DNA of 33,017 bases from Dimorphilus gyrociliatus (Eukaryota; Animalia; Annelida), in assembly GCA_904063045.1 (NCBI GenBank), contig CAJFCJ010000199.1, positions 8,494 through 41,510 on the forward strand, given 5' to 3'. A program made the translations under genes and the position numbers. Shown here piece by piece: positions 12,254-23,807 of this stretch. Each line of letters opens with the position of its first letter. Position 1 is the first letter of the stretch. The notes under the pieces are model-generated. The model made no database searches. It was not told the DNA's origin and saw only the letters and a program-made list of their open reading frames with translations.

Positions 12254-12518
12254 ATTTGAATTATCTTTTGAAGGCCTTTACCATTATCAATATATAAGGA
12301 CAATTCATTAAAAAGAATTTCTACACCAAATAAAGGTCTTTTTAAAGTTCTAGAATCTAATTCTACAAAATGAAAGTCTTTCTGAACCTGAGGAATTCTA
12401 ATTTCTATGAAATAACACTTTTTCTAAACTTTCACCATTATAATGCCTATGACATAAAAATCATCCTATAGTTTCCTCATTATAATTGCTAAAAAATAAA
12501 AGCTTTTCAAAACTGTAC

Positions 12519-12761
12519 TTTGTTGTATTGTGATTGTAGGAATTTCGTTCTCGTCCCAAATGTATTCGTTGGTACCTCTCATTTAATATTAGACAAAAGT
12601 ACTTGTCCAAATAGGACCTCAAGTTTGTCCACAAGTATCAACAAATGAATGATATTCGTCCAAAGTTTTATATCAAACTTTCAACAGAAAGCCAGTATTT
12701 TCCAAATAAGATATGTATTGAATATTCTGAGCTTTTATCACTAAGCAAGCAGTTAGAAAAC
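12519..12761 (-). repeat. Diverged dispersed duplicate, copy 2 (partner 7906-8140)
   Basis: Aligns with 7906-8140 in the same orientation, with small indels. Confidence 0.8.
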
Positions 12762-13504
12762 TAAGCTAACAACTGTTAAATTCGTAGGGTTTATATACTT
12801 TTCTAAGAGTTTAACAGTTCACAATTTCAAAGTTTGAACAATGCAAAGTAACATTTTAACACAATTGAAAGTTCTAAAAATGGTTCTGCTTTTAATTGAT
12901 TTCATTCATCCTGAGTAATTAGGTCAGATAAATTTAGATGGTCAGCTTCTTTGGTAAGATGTAACAATTTTGGTAACATTCAATTCAACCATTGAAAGTG
13001 ATAAATTGGAACTGGTCCAAAAGTCAACAATAGTTGAGTTTGACCATTTGATACTCTTTAGCTGGTGGCTAAATAAATGTTCTTAAGTGATTAAAGTAAG
13101 ACTAATATAGTTCTATAGATAATGCTAAATTCGTTGCATTTGTTTGCAAGAATTTTATATGCTCAAGTGTGTACCTGCATTGCTGCATATATGTATAATA
13201 GAATTGTGTGTACCCAGCGCACAATGCTATTGTTAAGTATTCAGATTAAATAGTATTGAATTAAGTCTATGGTTTTCTAAAAGAGCATCTACATCGAACT
13301 GAAGTGCACAAAAACTTCTATAATATCTAAAGTCTAAAGATTATTACATTGATATTTCCAAGTGCATAACAATTAAATTTTCATTATTCAAAGACAATTT
13401 TTTTAATAATGGTTCAAGATCCTTTCTATATTGTACTGCTCTTGCTTGGCAAATTTCAAAATTCAACTATTATTTAGAAATCTCAAGCACAATGCTATTG
13501 AATT

Positions 13505-13711
13505 GGATTCTTCAGAAAATATCCACAAATTGGTGCTTTTACCCTAACCCTAACCCAGCTCTTAGCTGTACCTAAGCTTTTCCATTAGCCCTAACCTTTG
13601 GGGGAGACCCTTCTAAGTACAAATCAGTTGCTGTTTTCTTCTGTCTAGCCATTTCTCAATCCAAATTTTTGTCTTGAAATTTCTCATTTGTGGACATTTT
13701 CTGTTGAATTA
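13505..13711 (+). mobile_element. MITE (207 bp), same family as 22559-22765
   Basis: Subterminal inverted repeat CAGAAAATATCCACAAAT / ATTTGTGGACATTTTCTG, internal TTTTACCCTAACCCTAACCC, and the same length as the 22559 copy. Confidence 0.8.
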
Positions 13712-13907
13712 GGTCTACTATTTTATAAACAATTTTTTTCAATAAATTGAGGTGCACAGTAAACATAGTTGATTTTAATACTATTACTACAAATTGAATT
13801 TTTCTGAAAAAATATTGCAAAAGTCAGAATACTTTTTTGGATTTTTTTAGCATTTTGATTGTAGAGATTTCAATAGCAATTTATTAAGAATGTTGGAATA
13901 TATATTT

Positions 13908-13917
13908 NNNNNNNNNN
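13908..13917. other. Assembly gap (10 N)
   Basis: A run of N bases directly abutting a Tc1 fragment. Confidence 0.99.
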
Positions 13918-14316
13918 ACACAAAATGAAAGTAAGGAGAGGGTGACAGCAAGAAAAATTTTGAAAGAGTTAGATGTAGATGTTAGCCTATTAACCATACA
14001 GAGAGAGCTAAAAAAAACAAAAATTTATGTATAAGTGATTAGGCAAACGCCTGATCTTACAACAAATAATTGTAAGAGAAAAAGTTTCTGTCTTCAGATG
14101 ATCAGTGATAATCTAGACTGGTCTAAAGTAATTTTCACTGATGAGGCTAGATTCTCACTGAGTGGGCCAGATGATTTTCATACCTGGACCAAAGATGGCG
14201 AAAAAGATTTCAGAGTGACAAAAAATATGGGCAGAGGTGGAGTAATGGTCTGGGGACTGATAATATATGACAGAATGACAGGTTCTTTGAAAAGAGTAGA
14301 TATGAGAATAATTTAA
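13918..14316 (+). mobile_element. Tc1/Tc3-like transposase fragment (second HTH and start of the DDE domain), truncated pseudogene
   Basis: Reads VTARKILKELDVDVSLLTIQREL..*..DWSKVIFTDEARFSLSGPD..GRGGVMVWG. It has one internal stop and ends before the second catalytic Asp. Confidence 0.9.
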
Positions 14317-14403
14317 ATATGTCTCCCATTTTAATGAGTATAATGAAAAACTTTTATAATTAACTGGATTTTTTTAGCAAAATGTACAGATATTATTTAA
14401 AAT

Positions 14404-15435
14404 TCAAATTGGAATTATATTCAAAAACTCCTTACAAGCATTTTTAAAAAATGAGCACAAAATATTTTCTCTGTTTTCTATCTTTAAACTTGTATAATCT
14501 TCAAATTTTGGTATGTCTCCTCTAAATCCAACAATTGTCTTTCTGCCATAGAAAGAGCCAAATAGTTTATAATGCGCAAAATACGCCTTTGAACAGATAA
14601 CATTTGAATTAATTTTAGAAATGATAAAAAAGCTTTTTCTTTCAATTCTTAGCAAAGGTTCAAGGTCAGTTTTAAAAGGTCTCTGATCAATTTCTAAATA
14701 TATATCTAATGGATTAAATAGTAATTATGAAAAAAATTTAAAACAATTGAAAAAACTGCAAAACTGACAAGGTATATTTGTCCTGAAACACTTTAAACAT
14801 AAAGAGTAAATTCTCTTCTTTAAATAATTTTTTACAATTTTACTTGAATAAATTTTTTAAAATATAGATATAAAAGATTTTATGGTATGGAAAAACTTAC
14901 AATTTACAGCATTTTGCTGAAAATTCCATAGTATAGTAATTTTCCATTATTTTACCTTTGAAAAGTTACAAGAAAATAGACAAGATTTATTTGAACAGGT
15001 AAAGAAGCGGGACAAAACATCTCTATTTGAAACTTAAACTTAAGGTATAGGAATTTTTGAAAGATATTCAAGAAAAGCTTGCTAACTAACTAATTAACGG
15101 CTTGGTTAGGTACGGAGTAAACATAAAAAATTGAGGATATTTTGTCCAGCATCCGTCTTAAACATACCATTGTCATTTGGACAGATAAAACTGTCAGTAT
15201 ATTTTGTATCATAACCAAATGTATCACACAATATTACATAATGCTTTGCCTTACATTTTTCAAATTGAACAGATTCTTTTATTCCATGTTCTGAAACGGA
15301 AACAAACACTTTTCCTATAACGTATGAACGATAATCTTCTACAATCCTTAATAGGTAATTATCTTCTTTTACTCCAAATGTTTCCGGAAATAGATTTATA
15401 TTTACAACAGCAAAAATACAAACATAAATATACAT
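14404..15435 (-). CDS. Partial or decayed multi-exon gene with divergent SRCR-like repeats; possibly a third receptor-family fragment
   Basis: LRIVEDY..GKVFVSV..VILCDTFGY (15106-15435) and NSNVICSK..ENILCSFFK (14404-14690) resemble the SRCR-like exons of the two receptors (LLCQNFGY, KICSFFNF, EMCKMLGY). Exon joins are only tentative. Confidence 0.4.
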
Positions 15436-16073
15436 ATTTTGAAAATTTAAAATTTTTCTTTTTTCTTGTAAAAATCAAATATGATATTTAAATGAACAAG
15501 AAAAAATTCTCTTGTCAACTAACTTTATTTACATTGCTATTTGAGTTGATAATCACACCCCTAATGGTGTTTGTTAACCCAATCAGTTGTAAATAATAGT
15601 AATAAATTAACATTATCCAGTCAGGTGGAAATTAGAGAGAATTTGTTCTACACTCTTTCAAATGAATTTAAGATATTTTTCAAACCGAAATTACAAATAC
15701 TAGCGGCCATTGTTAATGACTAATACTAACATTAAACTGTTGGTTGTTTCTCTAAATTTCACCTTAAAGATATTTTAAGCTCTTCAAAAATGTTCAAAGA
15801 AGAAATGATAAATATAGATTGTACAATCTTTTCCTTATTTGTAGACAATCAGCTCCATCTGGTGGTCGTTTGTTAGTTGTATAGAAATAGTATATTCTCG
15901 TATCTATATTGATAAGTGGTAGCTACAACTTGTAGTGTTTGTTTAGGATTATTGAATTAAACCATTTTCAAGCAATTTGCTGAAATCACATAAACAATAG
16001 TTGGCACATTTGCATATTGACATTTATCTTAAAGTTAGTTTAAATTTTTCACTAACCACCTGATTGTGGAATA

Positions 16074-16633
16074 AAGTAAACATCATAAAAATTGGAACAC
16101 CTCGAATTTTGAATAGGCCAACATATTAAATTTTTTCTGCATAAAATGTTAGATGAAGCTTAAATTTATATATAATTTTCTTTCAAATACAATTTAGGTA
16201 ACATTTTATATCATATTTTTTGTTTATATTATGTACTGTTTTATTGATTTTTTTTTCTTATTTGGCCACACTTCATAATAATTGGAACATCAACAAAAAT
16301 ATTCCTATTATTCCTACTTTTGAATCTGACTACCCTCTTTTTCTATGCATTGCCTGATTCTATGCCACATTCCATCATATAGATGTGGTAACAACCCTGG
16401 CTGCTCTTTTATAAGCTCATCAGAGCATTTTTTGATTTTTTCCACAATTCATCCTCTGATTTGAATTATGGACCATCATATACCAGGTTTTTGGTAAGGT
16501 GCCACATGTTCTCAATTGGGCTGAGGTCAGGGCTCTTTGCTGGACAATCAAGAGGATGGATATCATTCATTTGAAAGGCTCTTTTAGTTGTCCTTGCTGT
16601 GTGGCACCCAGCATTATCTTGCTGGAAGATGTA
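16074..16633 (-). mobile_element. Tc1 (DD34E) transposon 3' half with an IR-DR-type terminal repeat
   Basis: 16314-16633 reads YIFQQDNAGCHTARTT..PAKSPDLSPIENMWH..*..RIRQCIEKEGSQIQK*, with exactly 34 residues between D and E and one internal stop. The direct repeat CATAA(A/T)AATTGGAACA occurs near 16084 and 16274, about 190 bp apart, with a TA at 16072-16073. Confidence 0.92.
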
Positions 16634-17227
16634 AATCCAGTTAATTATAAAAGTTTTTCATTATACTCATTAAAATGGGAGACATATTTAAATTATTCTC
16701 ATATCTACTCTTTTCAAAGAACCAAAATAGAACAAGATGAAACTTTAGAGCTTGAAAAATACATTTGCACTCTAAAGAATAAAGTTAGAGGAAGGGAATA
16801 TTCTAGTAAATCTTATACTATATATGTTGGTGTTATTTTTGCTGCCTTAACACCTAACTAAAGAAGTAAACGTTTCAGGGAAACAATTATAAACTCTATG
16901 AATATTGTTTATACAATTCAGTTGAAATAAAAATCTCATTGAAAGTTTGTATTACAAATTGACAGCACAACAAAAAAACAATTTTAAATATTTTTTAATA
17001 TCTAAAATTCAAGAATAAAATTGAATATAAGAATTTATTTTGCAAAACTGAAAACAATTCAAGCAGTTATTGCTCAATTCGAATTCAAGAAGCAAATATA
17101 ATGTTTTTGAACATATTTTGTGATGATGAAAGAAACTCAACAAGTTTGAAACTTTAAACAAGACTATATTTAAAAATAGGCCTATAGAAAAAAAATTTCT
17201 CTACAGAAAATGAAATAAGAATATTCA

Positions 17228-20200
17228 ATGAAAATTTACGAAATTACTATACTACTGATAAAAAAAGTGGAGATTGAAGGAGTTTTAGAGATATATGATG
17301 ATGAAAAATGGTATCCAATCAATATATTAACACTCAATGCACAGGAAGTAAATCTTTTATGTCAAAATTTTGGATATTTATCTGGAACCATTGTTGTAAA
17401 TCAAGTAAAAAGAATATTAGCATACAAGGAACATGTTTATTATGATATTCAATGTTTGGAGGATGATTTATACATTCATAATTGTACATTTCTAAGAGAA
17501 GCTTTTACAGAATTAATGAAAATGTAAACAAAAATAACAGAAAAAACACATTCAATTTTTTTAATAAGATATATGAAAAATTAATAAATTTGGTCATGTG
17601 ACCAAACAGCTCAAATTGAAAGAGATAAATTGTTAAAAACAAAAATGGAATGGTTTAATTATTTACAAAAAATTGAAAATTTTTTTCAATATTAATATTT
17701 AAATTTTATTTTAAAAATAATTGAAATTTCAATTTTCTTAGAGACAGAAATATGAAAAATTAAATTCATGAAAATTATTTTATAAAGTGTTCAAAAACAG
17801 AAAATTCTGGTTATTTTTAAAAAAAATGAAAAAAAAGAGTTTGAATTTTTAAAAATTTAATTTATAGATTGTTCACCAAATGCTCAACTGAAAATATTTA
17901 ACACGTGTTATTACATTTTTTATGAGAAGGAAAAACAATTTGTTGGAAAGTATTGGGAAAAATGTAAAGAAAGGGATTTGAATATTATGGATGAACCTCT
18001 TAATTTTGGTTCAAGAATTTTTCAATTATTATTCTATAAGAGAATATATCATTATTCATTTTCAATTTCCAATGCTGACTTACAAGATATTTATTATTCA
18101 AAAAGGTAAGACAGGAAGTATGGATTATCCATTCCAATAGGTAATTTAATGTCACGGTAGCAAAAATTTTCTCTCTTAATTTAAAAATTTTGAACAGCAA
18201 TCAAAGAAAAAGCCAACGCTACTCTAGCAACTCCGATGGATATGCCTTGGAATTTTTGGTCAGGATATCATATACAGGTAAAGAGGAGATGAGGAACATT
18301 TAATTATTAAATCATGCAAATTAGATAAATATTTGTTTTTATAGACAAACTTTAAAATTAGAATGGAGAATACTGTAATTAAACCTGAAACATTAAAAGC
18401 TTATGCTAAATATACAACTACAAACTATCCAACAAGTAAATGCTATCTTATTGAAAGAGCAACATTGCATATTCAATTTATAAAAAAATCTGTTTCGTGT
18501 AAACAATTACAAAAAAGTTTTCTAGTTTGTCAAAAAATTTCAAGTAAATTGGTGTTTTTCTTCGTTTTTTTATTACTTTGTTTAGTCACTTTAAATTAAA
18601 TATTAGAAAATAATTCATTTAGTATGGATATTTGGAAAAAAAGCCTATTTCTTTCAATACCGTGTCCAAAAAATACTTTCTATTTTTCAAATGAACATAT
18701 TTGTATTTCATTGGTAGAAGTTTGTAAAAGAAATTTTGATTGCTTTGATGGAGAGGATGAAATTAACTGTACAAACATTTTAAGATTTCAATGCCAATCA
18801 ACTAACCAATTAGTGCCGTATCAAAATGTTTGTGATTATAGATATGATTGTAATGATAAATCAGATGAGATCTATTGTGGTAAGACAAGTATTTATCATC
18901 AATTTCTTACCTCTCTAAACATATTATCTTTCCTAGAATACAAAAGTTGCTTATCTTCCCAAAAGTTATTAATATTCAATAATTTTTGAATAAATTAGCA
19001 AAATACCAGTTTTCACTATATTCAGATTGTGTAAAAATGGACAATGTTTAGATAGAGATGAATTTTGCAATAAGGAAATAAATTGTCACGATTTAAGCGA
19101 TGAAGACTGTAGAATTTATAGTTCCAATGAAACTAAATCACTAGGTGAGTAATATTTCTAAATTATTGCATTAAAATTGCCTAATACCGCCATTTTGTAT
19201 ATTAGGATGTAATCCAAAAACTCAATTTATATGTAATGGTTTATGTGAGACAAAAGATATTCTTTGCGATTTTGTATACGATTGTATCGATGGAATAGAC
19301 GAAGATATTCTATACTGTGACAACAATTTTAAATTTATCTTATCAAAAAGGTTGGAAAATATTTTCAGATATTAAATGTCTTGTAAAGAAAACATTAAAT
19401 TATAGATATGAAAGTATTAAGGAATCTAAAACAACTTGTAGTCTCTGGTATAATTCAATGGGAAATTTAGGTGTTAGAGTACGAGAACCGTTTTCTCTTA
19501 TCAAATATTGTGGAAGAGAGAATTGTTTAAAAGTTCAATTTCTATGCCAATCATCAAGATATTGTATATCAATTGAACAAGTTTGTGATGGTATTAATCA
19601 TTGTTGGTATAATGATGATGAAATGAATTGCGGTAAAACATAATTGGAAATTGTTGACAATAGAAAAAACCCTTAAAAAATTCTTTATCATCTTTTTTAA
19701 AGAAAATTTCAAACCTCAAGGTTATTTTAAGTGTGAAAAAGAGAGAAAATACATAAATATCAGTAAAATTTGTGATGGAATTATTAATTGTAAAAGAGGA
19801 AATGACGAATTATACTGTCCTATCAACAGTAGGAAAATTCTAAAGGAATGTTCATTTCAACTATCTTATCAATATCAATGTAAATCAAACAAAATGGAAG
19901 AGGAGAGGGAAGAACTTAACCTCTATTCCATTCCTGTTCATATTAAAGGATTACATGTTATTGATTTTAAATTGAATAATTCAATAAGCTCAACGGAAAT
20001 AACAAAATTAATAATTGTAAATTGTGAATTGGAAGATTTCTACAAAAATTTCAATATTCCAAATTTAATTTATTTGAATTTAACAAAAAATAGAATTAAA
20101 CATTTTAAATATTTACCAAATAAAAGTACTCTAATTCTACAAACTTTAGATATTTCCTTTAATCCTATAAGTGAAATCTCTAATCTGATTAGATTTGTCT

Positions 20201-22198
20201 TCCTGAGAAATTTAGATTTGTCATATACAAAACTAAATTCATTGGATAAAAACACTTTTCTAGAGGTTAGAATGCTGACCTACTTAAATATGAAGGGTTG
20301 TACCATAAATAGAATAGAAGAGAGTATCTTCTTAATGAATAACATATATTATCTGGATTTAACATCAACAAAACTTCCTAGCAGACAACTAAAGAATTTA
20401 ATTAAGCCTATGAAAAAGGTGAAAGTTTTAAAAAGTAATTACTTTAGAGCATGTTGCTATGCCTATAAATATTCAGAATCAATTGTTTCATGTAAGCCAT
20501 CTTCTTCAGTTGTCAATACATGTTCTGATCTGATAGCGTCTAAATATTTAAATATCTTTTTATGGTGTTTTGGCCTACTTGGAATTATTTTAAATTTAAT
20601 AACATTAACATTTCATTTTATATCAGTAAAGAAGAAATATAATATATATTACATAACAATGTCATTTTCTGATCTGTTAATTGCAACCTATTTAATTACA
20701 ATTGCATCAACTAATCTATATTACAAAGGCAATTTTTTCGAATACGAAGATAACTGGACTTTTAGCTATTTATGTAAATTCATTGGAAGTTTAATGAATT
20801 TTTCATTACTATGTTCAACAGGAAGTTTATGCCTAATTAGCTTGCAAAAATATTTTGCAGTTGTATATCCAACGAAACAATTTTTCAGTTTAAAAAGTTA
20901 ACATTTTCATATCAATTCTTAATATATTTGCGAGTTGTTTCTTTGGTTTCTTCCCAGTGTACTATTTCCAGGCAAGATTCTAGAGAGAGAGAGAGACGGA
21001 GAGAGACGGAGAGTGTTCATTTATCCCTATTTTCTACCAAAGGAATATTTCAATAATTCACCAATTTGTTTCAAACTTCACATAAGACGTGAATCAAATA
21101 TTTCATCATTATATTCATTTATTATATTTGGAATTGGGATTTTTTTAATATCTGTTATTAACAGTATCTTCTATTTAAAATTATTCCTGCAGTTAAAGAG
21201 AGCAGGAAGTTGTTTATGATAAAAAATATTACAAAAAAGTCATTATCTAAATCTATATATTTAATTATTGTCTCAAATCTTCTCTGTTCAATACCAATTA
21301 CATTTTTAGGTAATAATAATGAAGAATTAGGCCTAAAATAGCCTAATTTCATAGTGGTTTGTTAGTTTTAGTCCCTAATCTAAAAAAATGTGTTTTTAGG
21401 AATAATTTCAATTGTATTAAATGTAAGAATGAGTAATGATCTATACTCATTGATTATCCTTGTTTTAGTTCCTATGAATTCAGTTTTGAATCCATTTTTT
21501 CATTCATACGGAGAAATTATTAAGAAATTTGAAATTAGACGGAAGAATATCATGATTCAAATGTATTAATATAAATTTTATTTTCTACTATAAAATTCTT
21601 AATTATACTATTTCAAACAAAGAGAAACAAGGAATAAGGAAATGCTGAAAAAGGAACGTTAAACGTGTAAGTTATTTCCGTTTCCGCTTAATTTTAAAAT
21701 ATATATATATATATATATATATATACATGCATGTGTGTGTGTGTGTGTGTGTGAAAGGTCTAGAACTTTGCCAACTAATTAAAAAGAATAATTTATACTT
21801 TAAACATAAAAAAGAATTTAAATGCTTAAATTCATTTTATATGTTTCACAATCTCTTTACAATTGTAACTATTTCAAAAGAAGTATCATCTAGTATATGT
21901 TTTTGTCATGAATATAATTTCAGTTTTAATGGTAACCTTGACCTTAACATGATATTTTACAATGTAAATATTTCTTCTACAAATTAACATAGTAAAGTGA
22001 GATTTCTTGTTTTTTCTGAAGTAATAAATTTGAAAATATTTTCAGTTAAAGAAAAATAGGCTTAAATTCATGATCTTTTCAAAGAGTTTAATTCCTTTAG
22101 AAGAGGAAATGATAATGAATGATATCTTTGCTTTTGGCAAACTTGTTTGTTCATTAGTAAGAAAGAGAATACTGAGCATTAAATTAATACAAAAATGA
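17228..22198 (+). pseudogene. GRL101/LGR-type receptor (SRCR-like + CTL-like + about 6 LDLa + LRR + 7TM + kinase-like tail), disrupted; 5' end uncertain
   Basis: SRCR-like EGVLEI..LLCQNFGY..IQC..NC (17228-17520). CTL-like CSPNAQLKIFNTCYYIF..FLVCQK (17869-18543). LDLa repeats with CxDGxDE (18624-19820). LRRs followed by CCxxY..CxP..CxDL. TM1-TM7, including SNLLCSIPI and PMNSVLNPF. Lesions: +1 shift in A5 at 20892-20896, -1 shift near 21213, stop at 21555-21557 ahead of the tail, stop at 21985-21987, and a further frame change before 22109. Confidence 0.85.
21699..21753. repeat. Compound microsatellite (AT)n-(GT)n inside a presumed intron
   Basis: Read directly from the sequence. It lies between a GTAAGT donor at about 21667 and the AG that precedes the tail exon. 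Confidence 0.95.
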
Positions 22199-22558
22199 AA
22201 ATAATTCTAAAAATAGAAACTGTTTTTTCTAAGTAAATATCTATTTGAAGTTTATTGATTTATCATCTCTGATTTACATCAATAAAGTATAGGCCTATCT
22301 CAAAGATTACTTTTAATGTTGCTTGAATTCATATATCTTGCAGTTAATCTTTTATCGATAAACGCTAGGTTTATTTTATTACTGCCCAACAAAAGTCAAA
22401 AAAGTTTCTATTATAACATATAATAATTATCACGTGACTAAACTCTTATACCCTCTTTCTAAAGCAAGAGAAAATTATTTTGTAGGCCTAAGAAGAAACA
22501 GAAGAAGAAGAATTTACATAGTTCATACTGTTTATTGAGTTATTTATAAACAATTTTC

Positions 22559-22765
22559 GGATGTGGTAGAAAACGGCCATAAATGTATGGTTTTACCCTA
22601 ACCCTAACCCAGGCCTTGTTTTTGCCTAACCTTTTTGAATACCCCTAACCCTTAGATGGGACCCTCCTAAGAACATATCAACAGTTATCTTATTCCTCCT
22701 AACCATTTCCCAGGCTGAAATCTAACTTTCAAATATTTCATTTATGGCCGTTTTCGACCGGTCCC
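22559..22765 (+). mobile_element. Mutator-type MITE, 207 bp, with a 9-bp TSD and internal TAACCC hexamers
   Basis: TSD ACAATTTTC at 22550-22558 and 22766-22774. Inverted repeat GAAAACGGCCATAAATG / CATTTATGGCCGTTTTC. Internal ACCCTAACCCTAACCC. Confidence 0.9.
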
Positions 22766-22899
22766 ACAATTTTCACTCAAACACACATTTGCTTAGTTAT
22801 GCCATTTTGTAGAAATTTCAAATTCCTTTGTACACTCAAGTAATGCTAGATTGATGTTTTTAAAACAACTCTCGTAGAAATAGCCGACAATTTACATTT

Positions 22900-23807
22900 T
22901 TAAACTGCTTTTTCCATTTTGAAACTGGTCTGTTACGAAAAGAAAGAAATGGTTGAATTTTTGGGAGAAAACTATAAAATTTAGCGATTTTTTACCTTGT
23001 TACCAAATGTTAGGAACTTAAAGCCATGGATCACGTGGGTTATGACGTATCCTTCACTTTTGTAGAGTTTAATGGCCAATTCGTTAGTTTCATGAACAAC
23101 CAATGATATTTTCTGAAATATTTTTTCAATTGTAAAATATTCAATAAAATAACAAATTAATACCGTAGCATTCCTCTGCTTAGCTAGACATTCAGCGTAT
23201 TTTAGAAGATTTCTTCCTATTCCCTTCCTTTTATATTTGTCAGAGACAGTAAAACATTCAAAAATTTGTTCATTATCAACCATCTGCTTATTCAGTAGAT
23301 CAAATGACATAAAAGAAAGAATCATTCTGAAAGAGTCTCTTATTGGCAATGTTTTAAATATCTGTGAAAGAGGTAAGCTCTTTTCTGATCTTGAAGAGGG
23401 AAAAATAAAACAATTGAAAATCATTAATTTTATATAAAAAAATAAAAATTTTCCTCATCTTACTTGTTTGAATCTCTCAATTTAAAAATTCCAGCTATTT
23501 CTTTGTTATCATCTTTACTCACAGCTAAAATGATATTTTCCAGATTCTCTTCATCATGTTGAAAAGATTTTTTAAAAAATTGAACAAGATTTGGAAATTC
23601 TTTCTTTTTTACAGCATATGAAAAATCGTATGAAAAACCATCAATCACTAATTGTGCAGCTGCACCTTCCTCACCCTTCTCCATAGGTCTAATATTTATA
23701 TTTTTCATTTGAGGAAACTTGATATCGTCCCTTTTATCATTCTTAGGCCTATTTACGACTGTTTCAACCCTTTTAACAGTATAAAATGCCGCAACAATAA
23801 TATTCAT
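22900..23807 (-). CDS. GNAT-family N-acetyltransferase, 4 exons
   Basis: Has NIRPMEKGEEGAAAQLV, the acetyl-CoA motif VSDKYKRKGIGRNLLKYAE, ISLVVHETNELAIKLYKSEGY, and a terminal FKMEKAV*. Three GT-AG introns join the exons in phase (GTAAGA..TTCAAG, GTATTA..TTTCAG, GTAAAA..TAACAG). Confidence 0.9.

Noticed and set aside
8864-13450. About 22-bp inverted match TTGCCA(A)GCAAGAGCAGTACAAT between about 8865 (+) and about 13440 (-)
   Set aside because: The similarity does not extend on either side and could be chance or a tiny TE scrap.
13540-13560. TAACCC repeats as a true telomere or chromosome-healing site
   Set aside because: Only 2-3 units, embedded at the same position inside TIR-bounded MITE copies.
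16499-16861. 120-aa + strand ORF
   Set aside because: Its first part is the antisense shadow of the Tc1 DD34E frame, and the rest has no recognisable motif. It could at most hide an upstream receptor exon.
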